In this document: in pieces, positions 12,847-24,293 of the stretch | How the letters are laid out: each line of letters begins with the position of its first letter | Position numbering within the stretch: the stretch's first letter is position 1 | Source of the DNA: Octopus vulgaris | Lineage: Eukaryota | Direction: 5' to 3' | DNA length: 64,000 nucleotides | Assembly (NCBI GenBank): GCA_951406725.2 | Contig: OX597834.1 | Coordinates: 31,310,001 to 31,374,000 of the forward strand | Translations under genes and position numbers: made by a program | Notes under the pieces: model-generated | The model's database searches: none | The model's input: the letters and a program-made list of their open reading frames with translations, nothing else | Told to the model about the DNA's origin: nothing

Positions 12847-13063
12847 TATTTCTTTATTACCCACAAGGGGCTAAACACAAGACAGACATAGGTATTAAGT
12901 CAATTACATCAACCCCAGTGCATAACTGGTACTTAATTTATCGACCCTGAAAGGATGAAAGGCAAAGTCGACCTTGGCAGAATTTGAACTCACAACGTAA
13001 CGGCAGACGAAATACCGCTAAGCATTTCGCCCGGCGTGCTAACGTTTCTGCCAGCTCGCCGCC
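12847..13063 (-). mobile_element. tRNA-derived SINE, family 1 (head ggcggcgagctggcagaaacgttagcac)
   Basis: Flanked by direct repeat aaatgaatcaatacc. Many copies, e.g. 15410-15640, 31036-31449, 36845-37075, 40969-41199, 46357-46582, 48248-48472. Confidence 0.85.
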
Positions 13064-13267
13064 TTCCAAATGAATCAATACCATTCTAGTAAACTGTTTG
13101 GGATATGCAGTTTGGTTATTTCATAATTTGTGTCTCTGAGAGTTGAGTACATCATACAAGAATGACCCACCCCCATGACTTCAACAATCATCTTCACTGC
13201 TCCCTCTTCAAAAGAATATATAAATAAAAAGTAAAACAAAAAAACAACCAACAACAACATGGATTAC

Positions 13268-13366
13268 CATTGATATTTTGGAGTAGATTCGGGGCCAATA
13301 TGGAAGTACTGCTTTAGCATCTTTGCATTCCTTGTCTTTGATCAAAGCATTGAACTCTTGTAATGC
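13268..13366 (-). CDS. LTN1: LTN1 coding exon 3
   Basis: CAG/GTAAT, 99 nt, ALQEF...VLPYWPRIYSKISM. Confidence 0.95.
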
Positions 13367-14083
13367 CTGAAAGGAAGAACAGAAATGAAAACACAACAAA
13401 TAATGGTAATCTCAGTTTCATTAAAATTCAGAATGCATTACATGGGGAAAGTTAAGTTAAGTTAATTTTTTGGCTCAAAAAGCAAAAAGCAAGGCCATGT
13501 AGGAGGACATGGAGTTATGTACAGGGTGGTTTTCATGCAAAGAGTTCAGGCCATTTGTGGTCAAGGGAGACTTTGAACCGAGCGGTCGTCGGCGAAGAGA
13601 GCACTAAAAATGAAAACCAGCAACAGCTGGAGATGGTGGTGGCTGTGGTGGCACTAATGCTGCAACAGATTGGTGTCCTCTTCAGAGGGGCAAGTACTGA
13701 ACTCTTGGCCATTTACATACCCTAGAAACTGGAGTAGGCTCAAGCCTGATGTACCTTACAACAGAGCTAAGAAACACACAATAATAAAAAAGGCAGTGGC
13801 TTCGAACTAAATAGATCAGGAACTACATTGAAATACAGATAAACTAGCAGAGGCACTCGACATTGCCTGGAAATGAAATTTTTCCTGATAGTATATTGGA
13901 AGAAAAAAGCAAAATATGTTGGATCAATATTTTAAGAAAAAAAAATCAAATGAAGACCCTATTATATGTCCAAAGTGGAATTATTCATGCATCACAAGTA
14001 TGGAAGTAATTGGTGAAACCGTTTTCACGTGAAAAGCGAATACACACACACACATCTCTATTTTATATATCAGATTAGATTAC

Positions 14084-14287
14084 CTTGATTTTGGTGATGC
14101 TGTCTTTCTTGGAGAGCTTCCTGAGGACCAAGCGCAAGTCCGCATCGAGGGCCATATCAGCAGAGTGATCCAGATCCACAACAGGTACATAACCCATATC
14201 TGTTGTGGTGGATCCGAATCCAATGAAACCTTGGGTTGTTGTTCCAGATTCACTGAGGAGTTGTGCTGCTTGGCTACTGTTTGAAGG
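14084..14287 (-). CDS. LTN1: LTN1 coding exon 2
   Basis: TAG/GTAAT, 204 nt, PSNSSQAAQLL...GFIGFG...DADLRLVLRKLSKKDSITKIK, the listerin N-terminal signature. Confidence 0.96.
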
Positions 14288-15409
14288 CTACAAAGATACA
14301 CGAGAGAACAAGTAACAATTTATCATATTCTTTTATTTGTTTCAATCATTAGACTGTGGCCATGCTGGGGCACTGGCATGAAGAATTTTTAGCCAGACGA
14401 ACTGACCCCAGGACTTATTTTTTTTTTTAGCATGGTACTTATTCTATTGGTTGAACCACTAACTTATGGGAATGTAAACACACCAACACCGGTTGTCAAG
14501 TGATGGTGGAGGACAAACATTGATGCAAACACACACACATATATATACATACACTCACAGAGTGGTTGGCATTAGGAAGGGCATCCAGGTGTAGAAACAC
14601 TGCCAGATCAGACTGGAACCTGGTGCAGCCTCCTGGCTTCCCAGACCCCAGTCGAACCGTCCAACCCATGCTAGCATGGAAAACGGACGTTAAACGATGA
14701 TGATGATGACATACATGAACGCACACAAGCTTCTTTTCAGTTTCTATCACCCAAATCCATTCACAAGGTGTTGGTTGGGTCAAGGCTTTAGTCCAGTGGT
14801 TCCCAACCTTTTCACCACCAAGGACCCCTTTTATTTAAACGAGTTTTCCCATGGACCCCAGGTCCATTGAAATCTGTCATGGGAGCCAGTCAAGGGGTAC
14901 TGGCATCAGCCACATTTGGATGGCACTTTTTACGTGCCACCAGCACAGGAGCCTGTCAGGAGGAGGCATAATTGTGTAGTAAGAAGTTTGCTTCTGGGTT
15001 CAGACCCCCATTGTGTGGCCCCTAGGCAAGTATCTCCTATTGCCTCAGGTTGACCTAAGCCTTGTGAGTGGATATGATAGACGGAAACTGAAAGAAGCCC
15101 ATCGTTTGTGTGTGTGTGTGTTTTCCCCCCACCACAACTTGACAACTAGTGTTGATATGTTTGTGCCTCTATTATCTCAGAAGTTCAGCAAAAGAGACCA
15201 GGCTTTAAAAAATGAGTGATGAGGTCGATTCTTCAAGGCCTCAGTCTAATGACCAAAACAAGTAATGGAAACATATAGCTCCGAGGAAGTTGTAAGACGT
15301 TGCACAAGCACTCAGCTCCAAGTGCAAGCTTTTTATGGTAGAAACTGCTGTAAACTAATCGAAGGTGGTCACATAACACCTGTTCATACTTTGAGTACTA
15401 TTTCCTACC

Positions 15410-15640
15410 TGTTTCTTTATTATCCACAAGGGGCTAAACACAGAGGGGACAAACAAGGGCAGACATAGGTATTAAGTCGATTATATCGACCCCAGTGCGT
15501 AACTGGTACTTAATTTATCGACCCCGAAAGGATGAAAGGCAAAGTCGACCTCGGCGGAATTTGAACTCAGAACGTAGCGGCAGACGAAATACCGCTAAGC
15601 ATTTCGTCCGGCGTGCTATCGTTTCTGCCAGCTCGCCGCC
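15410..15640 (-). mobile_element. tRNA-derived SINE, family 1, young copy
   Basis: 20-bp target-site duplication tttgagtactatttcctacc at 15390-15409 and 15641-15660. Confidence 0.88.
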
Positions 15641-16453
15641 TTTGAGTACTATTTCCTACCACCCAAACGGACTTTACTAAAAAACATTTTCTTTTAACGA
15701 AATGTTCGTTATCAATAGTGTCGTGCATAAAACTATCATAAAATTTAGAAGCAAGAAAAATAAAAAGGAAAAAAAAAGCAAGAATTTAATCGTAATTTAC
15801 TCCTCCGAAAACTTATCTCCGGAAAATCTCGTAAAAACAATTACGCATTTAACAAAGTCCGAAGTGAAGCGGAAGTGACGGGGGGGGACGATCCTCTGAG
15901 AGAAAAGAAAAACATTTTCTTTCAAGTTTCATTAAAATTAATTATTATTTTTTAAGAAGGATATCGGAAAGCAAAGTCTTGATTGGTGAAGGACATATTT
16001 TAGTAGTTGTGGCCTAAATACAATGTGTCAGAAAGGAAAATAAGCTGGTCACAGTTGGAAAGTCGGTCTTTTAATCTTGCCATCTTAATAAATGTTGACC
16101 AGGGGTTAAAAAAAAAACAAAAAAACCATCGACAACAACTGTCATTGAATCAGCATGGAGTCACTCGAACCAACAATGGGATTTCCAAACGCTCGCTCAG
16201 CCTGCCAGAAATAGTAGCCAATAACCCTCAAATGACACTTGAGTGGTCTTAGAAAAGAAAGACGGGTTGGATAAACGTGGAAATAGGTGCACTGTGTCTA
16301 AGTAAAAAGACGTGACACTCGCGGCTGGAACGTCTTGGACCATAGGTCTGTTGTATATATTATCAGGGCTGACATATGGTTAAACAAGGAGAACAACATA
16401 TGATGTGTAAATAAATGGGGGTCGGGGACACAGACATAAACAAAACTACTCAC

Positions 16454-16507
16454 GCGAACATTGCCTTTCGTTCTTTGTGACTGTTTCTTGTTTGGACGAC
16501 CAGGCAT
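16454..16507 (-). CDS. LTN1: LTN1 first coding exon
   Basis: ATG at 16507, MPGRPNKKQSQRTKGNVR followed by a GTGAGT donor; matches the listerin N-terminal QRTKGN(L/V)R. Confidence 0.95.
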
Positions 16508-16900
16508 GTTTGTTTCTCGTCGCTAATGAGAACTTATAACTTTATTTAAATACAACAGTGGTGCCGTGAAGAGTATAAATAGTCTTAAAAATGACGGTGA
16601 AGTCGAGAAATACAAGCTGGAACTTAAGCAGAAGTTGGTCCCAAACTTCAGCATGAGTCGAGGGAATGGTGGACGTCAAGTTGTTACAAGACGTGACGTC
16701 AGATACAACCGGTGCAAGCAGAAATATAGTCTCTCGGTTGCACAACTTCCGTTTCATTTATTTATTTATTTATTTATTTTTCTGGCATTGTTGTTTCACC
16801 ATTGTCACCATCACCATCATCCGGTTGACCTATGTCGACATACAACGTGAGAATTGTGTAACTGAGTGATTATTTCGTCATCACAAGTAAGCTAGTAGGG
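16508..16900. promoter_or_regulatory. Probable LTN1 promoter / 5' UTR region
   Basis: Locally CpG-enriched and free of recognisable repeats. Full CRE palindrome TGACGTCA at 16694-16701, half-CRE at 16672-16678, ETS-like ACTTCCG at 16745-16751. Confidence 0.55.
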
Positions 16901-17675
16901 AGGGTGGTGTACAGGTAGAATCTTATGTTTCTAATATCAGACAACGTCAGATAGTTTTGTTTATTTTTTGTTTTCTTCTTTCCTTATATCTCCTATTATA
17001 AAGTGCTTCTTCGTTTCTAGAACCCCATCAAAATGAAAAGTATTTTTACTTCGTCAAAACAAAATGTTTCCCCACAGTAGCATGGTCAGTGGGGGCGATA
17101 GGGCAGTCCACCCCAGGCGGCACTTCTGGATCTACTGTATAAGCCCGAATAAGGTGCTGCAAGTAATAGTGGTGGTGGTGGCTGTGGACTCGGGGCTGCT
17201 CTAAGTGGGACACACGCTCTCCAGGAACAACTTAAGCCAGGGCGCAAAATGAAAATGTTTTTCATAGACTAAATGTGAAAGTTTCTTATTTTTCTTCTTA
17301 TTATTATTATTATTAAAGCATAAGGACAGAGACTTTCGTCTTTGGTAGAGCTCTCATCGATTTTTTCAAGTTTCTAAAGAAAAGTGATGATGGAGAGGGA
17401 GGTGCTGTCCTTAAGTGGATTTATTAAAAGGCGAGTGAAAGTTGCAAAAAGTGGCAAGAGTGAATGGCACCACTCTAAGGAATTGAAGAGGGCATCTGCC
17501 CTTGATGTTCAGGGAGATCTTGGACGGTAGTGTTCCTCGATTATCCCTTGAGGTCCTTCTGTGACAGGAGGTCCACATCACTAACATCATTCTCCACTTC
17601 CTTTTAATTTATTTTTTAAATTTCATTTTATTTTTATTACGGTATCCTATGTGTGCGAAGTGATGTTTTTCTCTC

Positions 17676-17900
17676 GGATCTTTTCCTTTTGAACGGCAGT
17701 TTTCAACACAATTCTAGTTAACTAAACACTTTTAAACTTCGTATACTGGTAGAATGTGTTTATAAAACATCATTTTTTCTCGACTTTATTGAGAAAATTC
17801 TATAGTTTGTAACATATTTCGACTTTAATTTCGAGCATTTCGGCAGTGTTTAGTTCACTAGAAATTGTGTTGAAAACTGCCGTTCAAAAGGAAAAGATCC
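17676..17900. mobile_element. MITE with about 43-bp TIRs, Merlin-like
   Basis: ggatcttttccttttgaacggcagttttcaacacaatt ... aattgtgttgaaaactgccgttcaaaaggaaaagatcc; GG termini, imperfect 8-bp flanks. Confidence 0.75.
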
Positions 17901-20698
17901 TTTCTTTGCTCATGTTTGTTTTCGGTAACAATAAAGAAAAATAAACCTTCTTGCATGTGGTTATGCAAACAGAGAGAGAGTGTGTGTGTGTGTGCGTGCA
18001 CGAAAGAATAATAAAGGGGAACAACTTTGGCAGGCGTGGCGGTGTGATTAAGAAGATAGTTCTCTTCTTATCTCCCGCAGAATTTCGGTTTCGATCCTTC
18101 TGTTCGGTATCTATGAGCGTTTACCTCGCTATTTAATTCTCATCAAAATTTCATGTCAGCAGCATAAAAAATAAATAGGTGAATTTTTACAATTACACCC
18201 GTTCCACGAGACTGGTGTAATAGTAAATATATTTCTTTACTACCCGCAAGGGGCTAAACACAGGGGGGACAAACGGATTAAGTCGATTACATCGACCCCC
18301 AGTGAACTGGTACTTAATTTATCGACCTCGAAAGGATGAAAGGCAGAACGTAGCGGTAGACGAAATACGGCTACGCATTTCGCCCGGTGTGCTAACGTTT
18401 CTGCTAGCTCGCGGCCCTGAAGTTCGTGAGTGGCTTTTGGTAGACACAAACTTAAAGGAGCCTGCCGTGAGAGTGTGTATTTTCTTCTGTCTTAATTAAA
18501 TTCTTCCTCCAGGGAAGGAGCTGGTTTTTAATAAAGATCGTAGATAACAAAAACAATGTCACATTTAAACTTGAGAAAAGTCTTGTATATTTTTACTGTT
18601 CCACTTACAAATTGTATCTATGAGTGAGTGAGTTGATTTCTTTTTCTATGTATGTGTTGGTCTGTCTCCTGGCCTTCACATATGCATATACACACATGCA
18701 CTTATATACACATACATATATACATATACACAAAACTCCACTAGAGTGGACGTAAGCGCTAATATATGATATATGATTTATAAAAACATGTAATATGCAA
18801 ATAAATATCTGTAAATACAAAACCATCCAGGTTTCTGATTACCTCATTTCTTCTAATATATAATACCTGTACATCATCTCCAAACCTTCTAATATACATA
18901 TACATATATATTCATACACATGCAGACATATATTTACACATACACAGACACACACATGAATATGCATGGACTAGCGTAGCTAGAGTATGCCACCCAGGGT
19001 GGCCCTTCCATTTGCCGCCCCTGGACCCTCATAAAAATCACATATTGCCTACAGCAGACCCAAAAGCAGTGCCCTTTTAAAAGTTCCACATAGTTCTCAG
19101 GGTTATTCTGCACGACATACAGTATGTGACAAGGCTGGCCCTTTGAATAACAGGGTAGGGCTCATATTAGCCAGCCGAATGGACTGGAGCAACATGGAAC
19201 AAAGTGTCTTGCTCAAGGACACAATGTGTCACCAAGAATCGATCTCACGACCTTACACTTGTGAGCCAAATCACTAAGCCTCCCACACACACACACAATG
19301 TAGATAAAACAAGAAAAACAAGAAGCAAGGCAAAAGTGGCGAATGAAGAAGAAAGAAGATGAAGGTAAAAAAGAAATACAAAACAGCAATATCGAAAGTG
19401 AAAGTAGATTTCTTTTTTATTAATCATTAATCATTATTCAGGATACACGTCAGATGGATGTTCATGGGATAGAGTGACCAAAAAGAAAAAAAGTTTCTTA
19501 TTGAGCTTGAGCCTAAAACTATGGATTTGCAATTCAGAGATAAACTTACTTTAATTCTATGTCTGCATAACAAACATGAATAATAATAATAATAATAATA
19601 ATAGTTTCAAATTTTAGCACAAGGCCGGCAATTTTGCAGGAGGGGCTAAGTGATACATCAACCCCAGTACTTGTTTAATTGACTTCAAAAGGATGAAAGG
19701 CAAAGTCAACCTCAGTGGTATTTGAACCCAGAATGTGAAGACAGACGAAATGCCACTAAGCATTTTACTTGATGCACTAACAATTCTGCCAGCTTACCAA
19801 ACAGAAACCAATATAATTAAGGACTGCTAGAATACTTGCGAAGGTTCTTGGCATTTAAAGTTACATGTGTCCCAATGATAGGAATGAAATGGCTTACATA
19901 GCCCTTTGCAAGACTAACAAACAAATCACAGAAGTCTTTTATGAAATTTTCGAAACAGGTGCAGGTGTGGCTGTGTGGTAAGAATCTTGCTTCCCAACCA
20001 CATGGTTCCAGGTTCAGTCCCATTGTGTGGCACCTTGGGCAAGTGTCTTCTACTATAGTCTCAAGTCGACCAAAGCCTTGTGAGTGGATTTGGTAGATGG
20101 AAATTGAAAGAATCCTATTGTGTGTATATATGTGTGTATATATATATATATGTATGTATGTATGTACATTGCTTGACAACTGATGTTGGTGTGTTTACGT
20201 CCCCATAACTTAGCAGTTTGGTGAAAGAGACTGATAGAATAAGTACTAGGCATACAAGGAGTAAGTCTTGGAGTTGATTTGTTTGACTAAAGGTGGTGCT
20301 CCAGCTTGGCCGCAGTCAAATGAATGAAACTAATAAAAGAATAAAAGGTATAGTCATGTGGTAAGAAGGCATGTGGTGGTGAGCTGGCAGAATCGTTAGC
20401 ACGCCGGACGAAATGCTTTGCGGTATTTCGTCTGCTGTTATGTTCTGAGTTCAAATTCCGCCAGGGTCGACTTTGCCTTTCATCCTTTCGGGGTTGATAA
20501 ATTAAGTACCAGTTACACACTGGGGGGGCCGATGTACTCGACTTAATCCCTTTGTCTGTCCTTCTTTGTCCCCTCCATGTTTAGCCCCTTTCATCCTTTC
20601 GGGGTTGATAAATTAAGTACCAGTGAAACACCAGGGTCGATGTAATTGTCTAGTCCCCTCCCCACAAATTTCAGGCCTTGTGCCTTTTGTAGAAAGGA

Positions 20699-20758
20699 TT
20701 ATAATAATTATTATTATTATTATTATCATCATCATCATTATCATTATTATTGTTATTA

Positions 20759-20795
<37 letters not shown>

Positions 20796-20836
20796 CATTA
20801 TTATTATTATTATCATCATTGTCATTATCATTGTTA

Positions 20837-20876
<40 letters not shown>

Positions 20877-21037
20877 CATTATTATTATTATTATCATCAT
20901 CGTCATTATCATTGTTATTGTTATTATTATTATTATTATTATTATCATTATTATTATTATTATGATCATCGTGATTATCATTATTATTGTTATTATTATT
21001 ATTATTATTATTATTGTTATTATTATTATTATTATTA

Positions 21038-21086
<49 letters not shown>
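20699..21086. repeat. Compound (ATT/ATC/GTT)n microsatellite
   Basis: Directly visible; the source of the poly-I/Y/N/L ORFs. Confidence 0.95.
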
Positions 21087-21489
21087 GAAAGTGGTAATTC
21101 AGCAGAAACATTAGAACACAAGAAAAACAAAAAAAAAAGGCTTTTGCAGTGTTTGTTTTTATCATCGTCATCATGATTTTTTTGGGGTTTTTTTTTTTGT
21201 TTTTTGTTCATGTTTAGAATTCAAATGAAACCAAAGACAGCTTTACCTTCCATTTTTTTGTAGTGTGGTGGTGGTGGTGATGGTGGTGGTTTTAGTGGTG
21301 GTGGTGGTGGTTTTAGTGGTGGTGGTGGTGGTTTTGGTGGTGGTTGTTAAAATCAAACAAGAGTTTGATTTTACTAACTTGCATCCTTTAAAACGTACAG
21401 ACTTGCATCTAAAGCATCATCATCACCAACACCATCATTAGCATCATCATCATCATCAGCAACTTCAAGACAACCATCATTGTCCATGC

Positions 21490-21520
<31 letters not shown>

Positions 21521-21717
21521 GTCGTCATCGTCGTTGTTGTTCTTATATATGTGAGGTATAGCAGTGATAGAGCTGTGTGTGCATGTGTTTATTTATGTGT
21601 GTGTGCTGTGCCTGTGTGTGTGTGTGCGTGTGTGTGTCTGTGCATATATGTGTTTTCAGGTGCATCTGTGCATGGAATTGTGTGTGCGTGCATGTGTGTG
21701 TGTGTGTGCATGTGTGA

Positions 21718-21923
21718 TTAACCTGCTATATTCGTAGGACCTTCTATTTGCACAGGACCTTCTATATGCATACTACCGTGTATGGGCGTAGAACCTTCTA
21801 TATTCGTACAATAACCGGCAGCCAGGAAGAAAGTCAATGCCGCAATCGAGGACATGATGTAACACGCATACATCGTTATTTCGTTAAAACCATATATAAA
21901 TATTCCAGTCATTATTGTAAATC
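21718..21923 (-). CDS. Claudin/PMP22-like tetraspan gene A, exon 3 (TM3, TM4, repeat tail, stop)
   Basis: ttcttttacttccag acceptor; (G)FTIMTGIFIYGFNEITMYACYIMSSIAALTFFLAAGY...IAG*; homologous to exon 3 of genes B and C. Confidence 0.85.
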
Positions 21924-23392
21924 CTGGAAGTAAAAGAATAAATAAACAAATGACATCGTCATCATCATCGTCATCATCATCAAAAACAACAACAGTAAAG
22001 GTGGAGAGCTGGTGGAATCATAGCATCCACATTTAATTCTGCTGAGGTCGACTTTGCCTTTCATTCTTTTAGGGTTGATGAAACAAGTACCAGTTGAACA
22101 CAGGGGTCAATAAAATCGACTTATCCCCACCCCTAAAATTGCTGGCCTTGAGCCCAAATTTGAAACCGTGTCGGTGGCACGTAAAAAGCACCATCTGAAT
22201 CGTGGCCGAAGCCAGTGCCGCCTCGACTGGCTTCCGTGCAGGTGGCACGTAAAATGCACCAATCTGACCGTGGCCGATGCCAGCCTCGCCTGGCACCAGT
22301 GCAGGTGGCACGTAAAATGCACCCACTACACTCACGGAGTGGTTGGCATTAGGAAGGGCATCCAGCTGTAGAAACATTGCCAGATAAGACCGGAGCCTGG
22401 TGCAGCCTTCTGGCTTCCCAGATCCCCAGTCGAACCGTCCAACCCATGCTAGCATGGAGAACGGACGTTAAACGATGATGCTGATTATTATTATTATTAT
22501 TGAACGAGAAAGCAATGTATGCCATCAAAGTGACACTGGGGTACAAATATACAAAGCCCAATATACCCATCATTGTTTGATAAGGGTACACCAGGTACAT
22601 GCATCACAACCATATGTGCATGACATGGTGATCTTATATCAAAATAAACAGCGCATGATCTTGCAAGTGAGGCCCAGTTAGGATTTTTCTTCAGTTCAAG
22701 TAGCTCATTCCACTCAAAAGGACCCTGAATAAGGGTTGTTTAAGGATGTTGAATGAAACACCCATGTTTCCAGAGGTGAATCATCCAAATCCCAAAGAAT
22801 CCCACTCAACACATGGCTATGATGCTCCCCCACTACTTCTGCTCGTGATCAGAGATGCACATATCGTCAGCCACTAAGGGACATGCTCAACTGGTGAAGG
22901 TCAAACAACTGACAAGTAAATCTGTGGTATTGAGCAGAATATTTGCTGTAGCCCATCTTTTATACCAAGGCCAAACAATGTATATGATAACACTTCCAAT
23001 CAGTTAAGATCAGAAGCCACGAGAGCCACTGCCTGGTACTGCATCAGGGCATTATTATTATTATTATTGTTATTATTATTATTATTATTATTATCATTAT
23101 TATTATTATTAAGAAGGCAGTGAGCTGGCAGAATTGTTAGCATACTGGATGACATGCTTCGTGGTATTTCATCCATCGCTACATTCTGAGTTCAAATCCC
23201 GCCAAGGTTGACTTTGCCTTTCATCCTTTCAGGGTCAACAAATTAAGTACCAGTTGAGTACAGGGGGTGGATGTAAATGACTCATCCCCTCCCCCAAAGT
23301 TACTGCCCATGTGGAATAATTTGAAACCATTATTATTATCATCGTTATTATTACTATTATTATTATAATTATTAATCTGCTTGCTGCTGTCT

Positions 23393-23443
<51 letters not shown>

Positions 23444-24149
23444 CATATATATGTATATATACATATATAACGGGAAGCTTTATGAAAATAGACAAAAGAC
23501 GAAGGCAGGTTTATGGAAATAAGCAAAAGACGAAGGCCGGTGGAATACAAACAAACAATTGTATTAGTATGGCGCTCAGGAAATATAAATAAAACAAGTC
23601 TTTAACGTTTCGAGCCTACGCTCTTCAACAGAAAGATACACAGAGAAGAAACACAGAAAGAAGGAGAGAAAAAAAAATGCGTGCAGAGGCTAGCGAATCA
23701 ACATACATACATGCATATATACACACACACACACACACACACGTGTGTGTATATATACATATACACACATGCATACACACACACATGCAGACACATACAT
23801 ACACACACACACATACATGTGTGTGTGTATATATACATATACACACATACATGTGTGTGTGTATATATACATATACACACATGCATACACACACACACAT
23901 ATGCATGTATGTATAAGTAAAAGCACTCAGTCCACTCCGTGGAGTGGTTGGTGTTAGGAAGGGTGTGCGGGCGAAATACCTTGCCAAATCAAACACTGAA
24001 GCCCGGTGCAGTCTTCTGCCAAGTCACCTCCTGTCAAACCATCCAACCCATGGCAGATAGAAAGTGGACGTTAAATAGAGAAGATGATGATGAAGTATGT
24101 ATACACGTAGGCATGTATGTGTGTAGGTATGCATACTCATCTGACTTAC

Positions 24150-24293
24150 CTGTAAATAAACAAAGGCCTGCAAGTGCAGCTTGCAAATGTAGAATCTCAA
24201 CATTCGTATAAAACTTCAGAATTAAGAGTATAGAAACAATTGCGGCAGCAAGCAGTCCCAGCACTTCCATGCTCCGGAACGCCCTGAAAGTCA
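24150..24293 (-). CDS. Claudin/PMP22-like gene A, exon 2
   Basis: CAG/GTAAGT, 144 nt, phase 1/1, (V)TFRAFRSMEVLGLLAAAIVSILLIL...LAGLCLFT. Confidence 0.88.

Noticed and set aside
16566-16850. 94-aa plus-strand ORF head-to-head with LTN1
   Set aside because: GTG start, no recognisable domain, runs through (TTTA)n and overlaps promoter motifs.
17876-17892. MITE TIR shares cgttcaaaag with the claudin-cluster upstream motif
   Set aside because: Only 10 bp with unrelated flanks; likely chance.
20613-21176. Long poly-I/Y/N/L ORFs
   Set aside because: Translations of an (ATT)n microsatellite, open in several frames, with no splice or homology support.
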